Source: Gammaproteobacteria bacterium
Lineage (GTDB): Bacteria; Pseudomonadota; Gammaproteobacteria; Eutrophobiales; Eutrophobiaceae
NCBI GenBank assembly: GCA_965243205.1
Contig: CBDEUK010000002.1
Span: 1,504,001 to 1,568,000, forward strand
Reading direction: 5' to 3'
DNA: 64,000 nucleotides
Part shown: piece by piece, positions 49,591-59,949 of the stretch
Layout of the letters: each line of letters opens with the position of its first letter
How positions within the stretch are numbered: position 1 is the first letter of the stretch
The notes under the pieces: model-generated
Told to the model about the DNA's origin: nothing
What the model saw: the letters and a program-made list of their open reading frames with translations, nothing else
Database searches by the model: none
Made by a program: the position numbers and the translations under genes

Positions 49591-51000
49591 CTATAAATTA
49601 TTCAATGTATCGCGCCCTAATTGAATCGCCTGCAACACTCGATTGGGCGCTGTTCCACCCACATGGTCACGGGCCGCAACCGAACCCTCTAAGCTCAATA
49701 CCGCAAACACATCCTCTTCTATGACCTCAGAAAACTGCTGAAGCTCCGTTAATGTCAGCTCGGATAAATCTTTTTGTTGCTCGATTGCATAATGAACCGC
49801 TTTACCAACTACTTCGTGAGCGTCACGAAATGTAACATCACGCCCAACCAAATAATCCGCTAAATCAGTCGCGGTACTATAACCATCAAACGCTGCTTTT
49901 CGCATGCGTTCACGATTTACTTTAATACCTGGCACCAAGCCTTTAAATGCGACTAAGCAATTTTGCACAGTATCAATCGCATCAAATAAGGCCTCTTTAT
50001 CTTCTTGATTATCACGGTTATAAGCTAAAGGCTGGCCTTTCATAATGGTTAATAAAGTCATTAAGTCACCATAGACACGGCCTGTTTTACCGCGGGTTAA
50101 TTCTGGAATATCGGGGTTTTTCTTTTGTGGCATGATCGAAGAGCCTGTGCAGTAAGCGTCGTCCAGATCAATAAATCCAAACTGCTGCGACATCCACAAG
50201 ATCAATTCTTCTGAGAAACGCGATAAATGCATCATGATTAATGATGCTGCAGAATTAAATTCGATCATAAAATCACGATCACTCACTGCATCCAATGAGT
50301 TTTGGCTTACACTATCAAAACCAAGTAAATCAGCAGTGAAATTTCTATCAATAGGATAGGTAGTACCGGCCAAAGCCGCTGAGCCTAATGGCAGAACATT
50401 CATACGTGCACGACAGTCTCTTAATCGTGTTGAATCACGCAATAACATATTAAACCAAGCCATCATATGATGACCGAAACTGATCGGCTGCGCCGTTTGT
50501 AAATGTGTAAAACCTGGCATTATGGTATTGACTTCGCTTTCAGCTAATTCCAAAACTGCCTGCATCAAATCACGCAACAATTCACGAGTAGTATCTATCT
50601 CATCTCGAAGGTATAAACGCACATCGGTCGCAACTTGATCATTACGAGAACGCCCAGTGTGTAGTTTTTTGCCAACATCGCCAATACGCTCAACCAAAGC
50701 AGATTCAATATTCATATGCACATCTTCAAGTGTGGTTTGCCATGTGAAATTATCAGCCTCAATGTCGGTTTCAATAGAGCTTAAGCCTTCTATAATTTGA
50801 GCTACTTCTTCCTCCATCAATACACCGACTTTACCCAACATCTTCACATGCGCAATCGAGCCCATGATGTCATAATGATAAAGACGGGAATCGTAAGAAA
50901 CCGATTCTGTGAACGTTTCTACAAATTCGTTGGTTGCTGCGGTAAAACGACCGCCCCAAAGTTTGGTTGTTGAAGATTTGTCGCTATGCTTATTAGTCAT
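49591..51000 (-). CDS. argH: Argininosuccinate lyase
   Basis: [22 protein letters not shown] and [12 protein letters not shown]. Confidence 0.97.
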   Translation of the reverse strand: MTNKHSDKSSTTKLWGGRFTAATNEFVETFTESVSYDSRLYHYDIMGSIAHVKMLGKVGVLMEEEVAQIIEGLSSIETDIEADNFTWQTTLEDVHMNIESALVERIGDVGKKLHTGRSRNDQVATDVRLYLRDEIDTTRELLRDLMQAVLELAESEVNTIMPGFTHLQTAQPISFGHHMMAWFNMLLRDSTRLRDCRARMNVLPLGSAALAGTTYPIDRNFTADLLGFDSVSQNSLDAVSDRDFMIEFNSAASLIMMHLSRFSEELILWMSQQFGFIDLDDAYCTGSSIMPQKKNPDIPELTRGKTGRVYGDLMTLLTIMKGQPLAYNRDNQEDKEALFDAIDTVQNCLVAFKGLVPGIKVNRERMRKAAFDGYSTATDLADYLVGRDVTFRDAHEVVGKAVHYAIEQQKDLSELTLTELQQFSEVIEEDVFAVLSLEGSVAARDHVGGTAPNRVLQAIQLGRDTLNNL

Positions 51001-51087
51001 AATTTCTCGTTATAGGTCAGAATAATTGTCTACGCGAAGTATATCGCATGAAGAGATTAACGGATTTGCTTTTTCGACACTAGAAAA

Positions 51088-52125
51088 ATGAAAAATATTA
51101 TAAATACTACTGATTCTTTCCTACCTAATTTCTGCACAGCTAGAATGACCTTAATTGTCGTCATCATGGCGGAATTATTAGCCATCATCCTCGCCTTGTC
51201 AGATCCGAACCATGATAATGAATTAGTTTACCATTTAGCGCTTCAATCGCTATTTATTCAATTGATCGCCTTGAGCTGTGCTGCCAGCTTGTGTATCGGT
51301 CGTCGATTTTTAAATCAATTACCATCTCCAATGATCGCCCTAATCAGCTATGGTTTAATCTTACTTGTGTCATTTCTCATTATTGAACTCGTCTGGCACT
51401 TCATGCATAACGAGCCTTATCTTGAAGGCATGAAGCAATCACATATGATGTACAGCATTCGTTGTTTGACAATCGCCGCGATTACAGGAGCTTTAGTCTT
51501 ACGCTATCTTTACGTGCAACACCAATGGCGCAATCAAATCGAAGCCGAATCCAAGGCGCGAATCGAGGCTCTGCAGGCCAGAATTCGCCCCCATTTTTTA
51601 TTCAATTGCATGAATACCATTGCCTCTCTCACGCGTAAATCGCCCGAATTGGCGGAGGAATCCATCGAAAACCTCTCTGCTTTATTCCGTGCAAGCTTAC
51701 AAAAAACAGAACAACTGAGTACCCTAGAAAAAGAATTTGAATTATGTAAACAATATCTGAGTATAGAACAACACCGATTAGGCGATCGTTTACAATGTGA
51801 TTGGCAAGTGGATCCTTTACCATTAGATACACGAATACCAACATTGACCTTACAACCTTTAATTGAAAACGCAATTTATCATGGCATAGAGCCTTTAGCT
51901 TCTGGTGGAACCGTCACTATTCAAGGCCGGGAAGATGATAAACACTGGATTATTTCTATTCATAATCCAATCGATAAACGTTTAATCGCCAACCGAGAAG
52001 GCAATCGAATCGCTCAAGAAAACGTACGGCAACGATTAACGACTTATTACGATAATCCAAATTGTTTTCGTATTCTCGAAAGCGACGATGACTATCGAGT
52101 TGAAATAAGTATAGCTAAAGCATGA
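51088..52125 (+). CDS. algZ: LytS-type sensor kinase AlgZ/FimS
   Basis: FLPNFC, LQARIRPHFLFN and LQPLIENAIYHG; divergent from argH. Confidence 0.88.
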   Translation: MKNIINTTDSFLPNFCTARMTLIVVIMAELLAIILALSDPNHDNELVYHLALQSLFIQLIALSCAASLCIGRRFLNQLPSPMIALISYGLILLVSFLIIELVWHFMHNEPYLEGMKQSHMMYSIRCLTIAAITGALVLRYLYVQHQWRNQIEAESKARIEALQARIRPHFLFNCMNTIASLTRKSPELAEESIENLSALFRASLQKTEQLSTLEKEFELCKQYLSIEQHRLGDRLQCDWQVDPLPLDTRIPTLTLQPLIENAIYHGIEPLASGGTVTIQGREDDKHWIISIHNPIDKRLIANREGNRIAQENVRQRLTTYYDNPNCFRILESDDDYRVEISIAKA

Positions 52126-52850
52126 AATTATTAATTGTTGATGATGAACATTTAGCGCGCGATCGTTTAATTGATATGCTCAAAGACATCAATGCCAGCT
52201 ATGAATTACATGAAGCAACGAATGGTGCAGAGGCAATTGAAACCCAAAGCCATATTCAAGCAGATGTAATTTTATTGGATATACGAATGCCTGTAATGGA
52301 TGGACTAGAAGCCTCAATGCATTTGAATAAACTCGATCCTTCACCCATGATTGTGTTCACAACCGCTTATGGCGATCATGCATTAGATGCTTTTGAAAGC
52401 AACGCAATTGATTATCTTCTAAAGCCTATCAAGCAAGAACGATTAAAAGCAGCTTTAGATAAGTGTGTCACTATGCGACAAGGGCGAAACTTTAATGATG
52501 ACATTGCTCAGCTTTCTTCTCAACGTACACACTTAAGCGCTAAAACACCTCTCGGTTTAAAAATCATCCCTGTACACGACATCCTTTATTTCAAAGCTGA
52601 TCAAAAATACGTGAGTGGATTTTATGATGGAGGAGAATTAGTACTTGATGAAACTCTAAAATCTTTAGAAAAAGAGTTTGTAAGTATATTTATTCGTACA
52701 CATCGTAATACTTTAGTTTCGATCGAAGCCATTAAATCATTAGATAGAGATGAAGAAGGTAATGCCATTATCACTCTCAAACAAAGCAATGATATGTTAC
52801 CCGTGAGTCGCCGTCATTTAAGTACTGTAAAAGCATTAATGAAGTCGTAA
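52122..52850 (+). CDS. algR: LytTR-family response regulator AlgR
   Basis: VDDEHLAR, LDIRMP, DYLLKP, ADQKY, FIRTHRN and VSRR. Confidence 0.9.
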   Translation: MKLLIVDDEHLARDRLIDMLKDINASYELHEATNGAEAIETQSHIQADVILLDIRMPVMDGLEASMHLNKLDPSPMIVFTTAYGDHALDAFESNAIDYLLKPIKQERLKAALDKCVTMRQGRNFNDDIAQLSSQRTHLSAKTPLGLKIIPVHDILYFKADQKYVSGFYDGGELVLDETLKSLEKEFVSIFIRTHRNTLVSIEAIKSLDRDEEGNAIITLKQSNDMLPVSRRHLSTVKALMKS

Positions 52851-52857
52851 ATCACTG

Positions 52858-53316
52858 TTACGTCGACATGATGTTTACTGAACAACGTCGATAAGTTTCT
52901 TCTTTTATGATTTCCCAGCCTAGTTTTTTGTAAAAATCCTCTTGATCAGTAGTAAATAAATACAATTTATCAAAATTATATAAACTAGCCTGATTCATTA
53001 CATATTTTACCAATCGGGAACCAACTCGCTGATGACGATATTTCTTAGATACATAGACACTTGCCAACCAAGGCGTCATTTCTGGATGAGTATCCATATC
53101 ATTCTCGATAATAGAAGCAGAGCCAATTAACTCATGATCTGTTTTCGCAATGAACGTACTGGGTATAAATGTCTCCTCCAAATAACTTTGCATTTTTTGT
53201 TCACGAGATTTTAGGCTAGATTTTGGATTAAGATATGACCACTCAGCATGATGCCATTTAGCTAGCTGACTTAAATGTTGTGGGTATTTTTTTAAATCGA
53301 ATATATCTATTCGCAT
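52858..53316 (-). CDS. GNAT-family N-acetyltransferase
   Basis: PWLASVYV..YRHQRVGSRL and FYKKLGW. Confidence 0.88.
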   Translation of the reverse strand: MRIDIFDLKKYPQHLSQLAKWHHAEWSYLNPKSSLKSREQKMQSYLEETFIPSTFIAKTDHELIGSASIIENDMDTHPEMTPWLASVYVSKKYRHQRVGSRLVKYVMNQASLYNFDKLYLFTTDQEDFYKKLGWEIIKEETYRRCSVNIMST

Positions 53317-53337
53317 ATTTCACATGCAAATTATGTT

Positions 53338-54621
53338 TTATGCCATCTCATGACTAGCGGCTAATAACGCCAATCGCGCTATCACTCCATAAGTATAAAA
53401 TCGATTTGGGTGTGCATCAGGATCAAGTTCTTTATCTGGTGAGATACAAGAATCAGCAAACGCTAAACGCTCAAACCGCATACCAGGTGAATTTAAATTT
53501 TCATTGGCTCCTTTTTTTGAATGTACACGATAAAAACCACCGACTACATTATGATCAACCATATAAACAACAGGCTCTGCCGAACTCTCTTCATCATCCC
53601 ATTTTTCATGGGTATAAACTCCTTCTTGTATGATCACTTGAGTTATCTTTTGACCTTCTTTAGTAGTTGACATTTTGTTACGTTGTTTCCGATTTAACTC
53701 CAATACATCGTCAGGACTTTTAACCGTCATAACACCCATACCATAAGTACCTGCATCGGCCTTAACCATTACGAAAGGATCACATGACACAGAATATTCT
53801 TGGTATTTTTTTTTAATCGAAGTTAATAATGTCTCAACATTTTTTACCAAACAGTTTGTACCTTCTTGTTTAACAAAATCGATTTCGCCACAATTACGAA
53901 ACATCGGGTCTATTAACCAAGGATCGATATCAATTATTTCGGTAAACTCTTTTGCAATGGCTTGGTAATGTTTGAAATGAATCGACTTTAAACGTGTTGA
54001 CCAACCCATATCCAAACTGGGTGTAATTGACTGTTCAATGTCCTTAAGAATGTCAGGCTTGCCACCCGATAAATCGTTATTTAACACAACTAGGCAAGGG
54101 TCGAATTTTTCTAATAGAACTCGATTACCAGTTCGTTGTAAAGGTTCTAATAAAACTGAAGCACCTGAAGGTAATTCAATCGTTTGTGGTTCAGTAATGT
54201 CTTCAGAGATAGAACCAATGCGCACTTCATAGCCCGCTTTTTCAATAATGTTACGTATTGAATTTAAACTTTCTAAATAAAATAAATTACGTGTATGGTT
54301 TTCTGGTATTAAAAGTACGCGATCAATTTCGGGGTTAATCCGTTCAATCGCCATTTGCATTGACTGTATACATAATGGTTCGAATGCAGAGTTTAAATTA
54401 TTAAAACCTGCAGGGAATAAATTCGTATCGACGGGAGCAATTTTATAACCCGCATTACGTAAATCGACTGAAGCATAAAATGGCACGGTAACCTGCCGCC
54501 ATTGATTACGAAACCATGACTCAATGATATGTTGTTTATCAAGAATATGGCTTTCTATCTCTTTTAAAGGCCCATTTAAAGCGGTCGTTAAATGCGGAAC
54601 AGCGGACAATTGTGCGTTCAT
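53338..54621 (-). CDS. gshA: Glutamate-cysteine ligase (betaproteobacterial-type GshA)
   Basis: VPHLTTAL, SVDLRNAG, APVDTNLFPAGFNNL, PENHTRN and KADAGTYGMG. Confidence 0.92.
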   Translation of the reverse strand: MNAQLSAVPHLTTALNGPLKEIESHILDKQHIIESWFRNQWRQVTVPFYASVDLRNAGYKIAPVDTNLFPAGFNNLNSAFEPLCIQSMQMAIERINPEIDRVLLIPENHTRNLFYLESLNSIRNIIEKAGYEVRIGSISEDITEPQTIELPSGASVLLEPLQRTGNRVLLEKFDPCLVVLNNDLSGGKPDILKDIEQSITPSLDMGWSTRLKSIHFKHYQAIAKEFTEIIDIDPWLIDPMFRNCGEIDFVKQEGTNCLVKNVETLLTSIKKKYQEYSVSCDPFVMVKADAGTYGMGVMTVKSPDDVLELNRKQRNKMSTTKEGQKITQVIIQEGVYTHEKWDDEESSAEPVVYMVDHNVVGGFYRVHSKKGANENLNSPGMRFERLAFADSCISPDKELDPDAHPNRFYTYGVIARLALLAASHEMA

Positions 54622-54696
54622 AAATATGATCCCAATATTGATAAGGGCTAAGAGCCATATTGTACTGTTGAGTTCATAACAACAGTATTATTTTTT

Positions 54697-55434
54697 TTAA
54701 GATAAATCACCCCAAAGTGACTGTAAAACACCCATTGCTACCAATGCGGCGGTTTCTGTTCGAAACACTCTAGGGCCCAATTTAATTGATTGATAGCCAT
54801 GAGAGATGGCCGATTCAATTTCATCATGACTCAAACCTCCCTCACTGCCAATCAACAATGTAACTGAATCAGATGGTTTGTTTAATTCATTAACCGACTG
54901 ACTAGATGAGGGCGCAAGAACAATTTTCAAGTCCGATAATTCCATTTCTAACCAATCTTCTAACAACATTGGTTCCAATAATTGTGGGATTTTGCAACGA
55001 CCCGATTGCTCAGTTGCAGATACAATGACTTTGTTCCAATGTTTTAATTTACTTTCTACTTTATCGGTTTTAATTTTGATACTAGAACGTTGGTTAATAA
55101 TAGGCACTATTCTGTGCACTCCCAGTTCTACAGCTTTTTGCAAAGTAAAATCCATTTTTTGTCCTTTACTCAAACCTTGAGCCAAGGTTATTTTTAGCGG
55201 ACTTTCTGTTTTAGAATCTTCGCTAGATATAATTTTGACTTGTGCTAGTTTCTTTGAAATTGATTCAACTGTTGCTGTATATTGATATCCATATCCATTA
55301 AACAATTGGATTTGATCTCCTATACCTTTACGCAGTACAGTAAGTAAATGATGAGAAACCTCCGAAGGCAACATCACTAATTCGCCTTCCCTTAAAGGTA
55401 TTTCCACATAAAATCGAGATATTCTTTTTGACAT
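54697..55434 (-). CDS. rsmE: 16S rRNA m3U1498 methyltransferase
   Basis: HLLTVLR, QKAVELGV, EQSGR, IGSEGG and LGPRVFRTETA. Confidence 0.95.
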   Translation of the reverse strand: MSKRISRFYVEIPLREGELVMLPSEVSHHLLTVLRKGIGDQIQLFNGYGYQYTATVESISKKLAQVKIISSEDSKTESPLKITLAQGLSKGQKMDFTLQKAVELGVHRIVPIINQRSSIKIKTDKVESKLKHWNKVIVSATEQSGRCKIPQLLEPMLLEDWLEMELSDLKIVLAPSSSQSVNELNKPSDSVTLLIGSEGGLSHDEIESAISHGYQSIKLGPRVFRTETAALVAMGVLQSLWGDLS

Positions 55435-55504
55435 TTTAATTATCAGAACGGAATTTTTTTATACGTTAACAAGTCTGACTCTAAAAACAACCACCTGTAA
55501 TACT

Positions 55505-55825
55505 TTGAGCATAATTAACGCAAAATTCGCCCCCGGCCAAATCATCTATCATCGATTATTCGACTATCGAGGTGTGATCATTGGCGTCGACGCCAACTTT
55601 GAAGGTGAAGACGAATGGTATGAACAAATGGCCAAGAGCAAACCGGCTAAAGATCGTCCCTGGTATCATGTCTTGGTCGATCAAGCTTCTCATCAAACCT
55701 ACGTTGCTGAACAAAACTTAGAATTGGAAATAGAAAATCATAGCCCTATCCAACACCCACTGATCGATGAATTATTTTATGAATTGGATAATGGTATATA
55801 TAAAAGCCGCGCAATTGCTCATTAA
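55505..55825 (+). CDS. hspQ: Heat shock protein HspQ (YccV domain)
   Basis: HRLFDYRGVI, PWYHVLV and TYVAEQNL. Confidence 0.9.
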   Translation: MSIINAKFAPGQIIYHRLFDYRGVIIGVDANFEGEDEWYEQMAKSKPAKDRPWYHVLVDQASHQTYVAEQNLELEIENHSPIQHPLIDELFYELDNGIYKSRAIAH

Positions 55826-55830
55826 CACTA

Positions 55831-56280
55831 ATGCTCAATAAATTAATTCAACTCTTATCTGATAATTCGGATAACCAAGCATCCGATATAGATAGAGAGA
55901 AGCTCATCCAACTTTCAACAGCAGCATTATTAGTTGAAATCAGCCTAGCGGATTCTGAGATCGGAAACGAAGAAATTGATACTATGATGTCAATCATTGA
56001 ATCGGAGTTTGATTTTTCCAGCGAAGAAGCCAGCCAATTATTAAACGAAGCAAAAAACCGTGTAGAGAACTCTGTTTCATTGTATGAGTTTACAAACTTA
56101 CTGAAAGACGAACTATCGCTTACCGAGCGTAGTAACATCATCGAGCAACTATGGAAAGTGGCTTATGCAGATGCGGTTTTAGATAAATATGAAGAGTATT
56201 ATGTAAGAAAAATAGCAGATTTGCTTTATGTACCGCAAACCAACTACATCAAAGCAAAATTATCTGCTCTAAACGATTAA
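55831..56280 (+). CDS. TerB-family protein
   Basis: AALLVEISLAD...EE, SLYEFT and LWKVAYAD..LDKYEE..VRKIADLL. Confidence 0.85.
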   Translation: MLNKLIQLLSDNSDNQASDIDREKLIQLSTAALLVEISLADSEIGNEEIDTMMSIIESEFDFSSEEASQLLNEAKNRVENSVSLYEFTNLLKDELSLTERSNIIEQLWKVAYADAVLDKYEEYYVRKIADLLYVPQTNYIKAKLSALND

Positions 56281-56284
56281 AAAT

Positions 56285-56719
56285 TTAACTCAGCATTGTT
56301 TGAATTAATTGGTCTTCTAACTCAATACGAGTTGTCATATGTTCACCAAGTAACGATAAGTCTGCTTGAAACTCAGAAGATGAAATATCCACATTATTTT
56401 TCTCGTATTTTTCATTGAAAGCTAGAGCTACTTCCGTTGTTTTAGCAATAGGAGGATAAATTTCTGCTGCTAACCCCGAAACTGCTTTGCGTCGTTCTTG
56501 GCCTTCAGCAATTCTCGCATATAAGCCAAAATGTCCTGCAGCGATATAATCGACTAAGACCTGACAAAAATCCTCAAATAACTCTTTTTTCATTTCCGCG
56601 GAATCATCTTCTTCCGCTTTTGGAAGTTGAAACAATAGCGAAAGTAATTGCTTTCGCTCTTTAAGCATATTATCAATTAATTTATTACTTCTTCGTTCTT
56701 TTACTGAGTGTTCACTCAT
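56285..56719 (-). CDS. rsd: Rsd/AlgQ-family anti-sigma70 factor
   Basis: ERKQLL, FCQVLVDYIAAGHFGLY and RIELEDQLI. Start likely at ATG 56719. Confidence 0.88.
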   Translation of the reverse strand: MSEHSVKERRSNKLIDNMLKERKQLLSLLFQLPKAEEDDSAEMKKELFEDFCQVLVDYIAAGHFGLYARIAEGQERRKAVSGLAAEIYPPIAKTTEVALAFNEKYEKNNVDISSSEFQADLSLLGEHMTTRIELEDQLIQTMLS

Positions 56720-57067
56720 TTTTATAACCTCTCCATCACTTGCACCCATAGTAAACAGTCTCCTATTGTCCTGACAAGCATTAATAATTTATGTGTTTTA
56801 GCCACAATCTCTATTCAAGAATCATGCTAGAATTTAATCAGCTGCACTATTGGTTGTTAAGCATTAAAACTACTGATATTGTGCTTTAATAAATGGCTGT
56901 AAACTAAGCAAAGCAAATAAGAAATCTTCGTAGTGAATTGAATGTTACAAATTCCATCTGACAGCACTTTTCGTTTATAATACCGATAATTTGCAATAAT
57001 AATCAAACACTTCTGATTTTTTATTAAACTAAAGTTAAAATTAAGGAATATGGCCTAAGTAATAAAT

Positions 57068-58519
57068 ATGATAATTCCGGGTTATCAAATTCAGAAAAAA
57101 ATTGGCCAAGGCGGAATGGCCACAGTCTATCTTGCGATTCAAGAATCTCTGGATCGTCCAGTCGTCCTAAAAATCCTTGATGCTGAGCGAATTGAATCTG
57201 AACAATGGACTGAACGTTTTTTGTCAGAAGGCCGTTTAGTTGCCTCACTTCGACATCCAAATATTATTACTATCTATGATATAGGTCTTGCTGAAGAACA
57301 ACTCTATATTTCGATGGAATACATCGAAGGCGGTGATTTAAAAAAACGCATGAAAACCCCAATTTTGCCTAGCCAATGTTTGGACTATTTAATCAAAGTT
57401 GGATCCGCACTCGATACTGCACATGCTCATGGTATTGTTCATCGCGATGTAAAACCTGCAAATATTCTCTTCAAAGACGATGAAACGCCTCTACTCACAG
57501 ACTTTGGTATTGCCAAACAAATTGATGGCGACTTAGATTTAACCTCAACCGGGATATTTCTAGGTAGTCCTAACTATGTCAGCCCAGAGCAAGCGGATGG
57601 CCTTGCTGTCGATGGTCGCTCCGATATATATAGTTTGGGGTGTATCTTTTACGAAATGCTCACTGGTGATAAACCTTTCCCGTCCGACTCTGTGATCGAA
57701 ATCGTTATCAAACATAAACAAGCGCCAATTCCTGATTTGCCCCATGAATACCGTGCATTTCAACCACTGCTTGATCGTATGATGGCGAAAAAGTGCGAAG
57801 ATCGTTTTCGTAACTGCCAGATTATGATTGAGTATATCCAGGAAATGCGTGATCGGATCACTACAAATAATCAAATCAAACCGGTATCCGAATTTGATGC
57901 AACTGTAGCAGAACGAATATCAGAACCCATTGAAACGGTTGCGGAACCAAAGAAAAATCTTAATCCAATTCTGATGGTCCTATTAATTATTGCGTTTTCT
58001 ATCAACATTATTCTGCATTTTGTTGAGAAAAGCATTTCTATGGGTGACTACAAGCCTAAGATAGCAACTCAATCGAACATCCCGATAAACCAAACTGATT
58101 TAAAAGCCCAATCAGGTGTAGATACTTTATCAGGTAATAACTCACCTGGGCTTGCAGCAGAATCCGCTTCACCCGCAGTTCGCAGCGCTCTTATGTGGTT
58201 AGGAAAACAAAGCTTAGAAGAATTTAAGCTAACTTACCCTGCAAAGGATAATGCCTATTATTATTTCTCAAAATTGTTGGATATAGAACCTGAAAATCAA
58301 GAAGCAAAGAATGGAATCATTATGATTGCAGAACGCTATGCAATCCTTGCTGAAAAGGCAATCGCTGATAACGACTATCAAAAGTCTGCGGCTTATATCA
58401 ACATTGGTTTACAAATCGATCCAAACAATGCCAGCTTGCATTCTGTTCGGTCATTTATGCAGGAATTGGATCAACCTTCGGCCTGGGATGCCATCAAAGG
58501 TATTTTCACCAAACAATAA
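57068..58519 (+). CDS. Hanks-type Ser/Thr protein kinase with TM helix and periplasmic TPR-like domain
   Basis: GQGGMATVY, VLK, HRDVKPAN, DFG, YVSPEQ and DIYSLG; then a TM and LTYPAKDNAYYYF. Confidence 0.92.
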   Translation: MIIPGYQIQKKIGQGGMATVYLAIQESLDRPVVLKILDAERIESEQWTERFLSEGRLVASLRHPNIITIYDIGLAEEQLYISMEYIEGGDLKKRMKTPILPSQCLDYLIKVGSALDTAHAHGIVHRDVKPANILFKDDETPLLTDFGIAKQIDGDLDLTSTGIFLGSPNYVSPEQADGLAVDGRSDIYSLGCIFYEMLTGDKPFPSDSVIEIVIKHKQAPIPDLPHEYRAFQPLLDRMMAKKCEDRFRNCQIMIEYIQEMRDRITTNNQIKPVSEFDATVAERISEPIETVAEPKKNLNPILMVLLIIAFSINIILHFVEKSISMGDYKPKIATQSNIPINQTDLKAQSGVDTLSGNNSPGLAAESASPAVRSALMWLGKQSLEEFKLTYPAKDNAYYYFSKLLDIEPENQEAKNGIIMIAERYAILAEKAIADNDYQKSAAYINIGLQIDPNNASLHSVRSFMQELDQPSAWDAIKGIFTKQ

Positions 58520-58529
58520 ATACAAAAAA

Positions 58530-59048
58530 CTATTGATTGATAATTTCTTTCGCTTTATCTCGTTGAGTTTGTTCCCATTCACCGATTAATTGCTTCATAT
58601 CATCGATTGTTAAACCAGATAAATCTTCAGCTGTAATGGTTTCTGGTTCCTCTTCCTCCGGCTCAACTTCTGCAAGTTTCTCTTCAACTTCCTCAAGTTC
58701 TTCTTCTAACTCATCAAGTTCACTTTTACGAGGTTTCGTCTTTTCCTGTTTAGACAATACCGATTTTGCCTTCTCACGGATACTTTCTTCATTGGCTATA
58801 TTCAAAGAACTGTCACGTAATCTCTCTCTCTGCTCTTCGGAAACTCGAATACCGGTATCATCAACCAATTGGCCTGATTCAAATACAAAAATCCTGGGGC
58901 CTCTATCTCCCGTTCTGTACCAAGCAGGCGGCTTACCTGATAATTGAGTCGTACCAGTTTCAGAATCGGTCCATTGGTACATTCTAGCTTCAGCCGATAT
59001 TCCAAATACCGTCAGAAACAGAATGAAAATACGCAAAGAGTTGATCAT
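58530..59048 (-). CDS. DUF4124-like exported protein with acidic coiled coil
   Basis: Signal peptide, then MYQWTDSETGTTQLSGKPP; Glu-rich C-terminal half. Confidence 0.6.
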   Translation of the reverse strand: MINSLRIFILFLTVFGISAEARMYQWTDSETGTTQLSGKPPAWYRTGDRGPRIFVFESGQLVDDTGIRVSEEQRERLRDSSLNIANEESIREKAKSVLSKQEKTKPRKSELDELEEELEEVEEKLAEVEPEEEEPETITAEDLSGLTIDDMKQLIGEWEQTQRDKAKEIINQ

Positions 59049-59145
59049 CGATTTTCCTAAATCTTTCTATTATCAGTTTATTATAGCACTGTGTTAGACC
59101 AGATACTCAAACAAGTCGATAATGCCTCTGTAATTAAATTTACTG

Positions 59146-59862
59146 TTAGGCTTCAATACACCTTAAATAAGCCTGTTCTAGCTCATCTACACCGTACTTC
59201 TTGCAGCACTCATCGGGGGTCCCAATAAATTTCAGCCTAGCATTATGTAATATCGCCATACGATCACATAAGGACTGAACATCCGCCAATAAATGGGTGC
59301 TAAAAAATAGTGTCTGACCCTGCTGCTTTAAATCCAGTAGGTATTGCTTCAGATACGCTCTAGCTTTAGGGTCTAAACCGCTCATCGGCTCATCTAAAAT
59401 CAAACATTTTCGCTTGCTGAGTAAACTCGCGGCTAAACCCAATTTCTGTGCCATACCTTTGGATAATTGACCCACGGTTTTATCGAGTGCTCCAGGTGTT
59501 AAATCTAACGTATTAAGCATTTCTATAACTGACGATTCTTCGTATTCCAAACCATAAAGCTTTAGCATATAACGAATAAACTCACGGCCAGTTAAATAAT
59601 AGGATGGAAGAAATTTTTCAGGTAAGTAACTCACATTTACCCGGGATGAAGTATTACTGTGTTCAACACCAAAAATATTAATCTCACCACTTTCAAATAA
59701 CACAAAATCTAATAAACATTTAATTAATGATGTTTTACCCGCACCATTAATTCCGACTAAGCCTAAGTATTCACCTTCAAAAACATTTAGATCGATTCCA
59801 TCCAGAACCAATTGCTTTTGGTAACTTTTTTTAACTTGTTTAAATTCTAAAGCAGTGTTCAT
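59146..59862 (-). CDS. ABC transporter ATP-binding protein (PilH/CcmA-like)
   Basis: GINGAGKT, LSKGMAQK, ILDEPMSGLDP and STH. Confidence 0.92.
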   Translation of the reverse strand: MNTALEFKQVKKSYQKQLVLDGIDLNVFEGEYLGLVGINGAGKTSLIKCLLDFVLFESGEINIFGVEHSNTSSRVNVSYLPEKFLPSYYLTGREFIRYMLKLYGLEYEESSVIEMLNTLDLTPGALDKTVGQLSKGMAQKLGLAASLLSKRKCLILDEPMSGLDPKARAYLKQYLLDLKQQGQTLFFSTHLLADVQSLCDRMAILHNARLKFIGTPDECCKKYGVDELEQAYLRCIEA

Positions 59863-59900
59863 AAATTTAAGTTTATATTAAAAATAGTTTTGTAAAATAT

Positions 59901-59925
59901 AAAAAAGCCCGCTTAACGCGGGCTT
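59901..59925 (-). terminator. Intrinsic terminator after the pilin gene
   Basis: AAGCCCGC-GTTAA-GCGGGCTT followed by a T run on the minus strand. Confidence 0.85.
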
Positions 59926-59949
59926 GTTGTATTAATTAATTGGTAAAGA

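Noticed and set aside
55831-56280. Tellurite-resistance or defence island around terB
   Set aside because: Single stand-alone TerB-family gene with no other ter or defence genes.
58326-59005. Overlapping small ORFs and low-complexity TTC repeats
   Set aside because: Explained by the Glu-rich coding sequence on the minus strand and the kinase 3' end.
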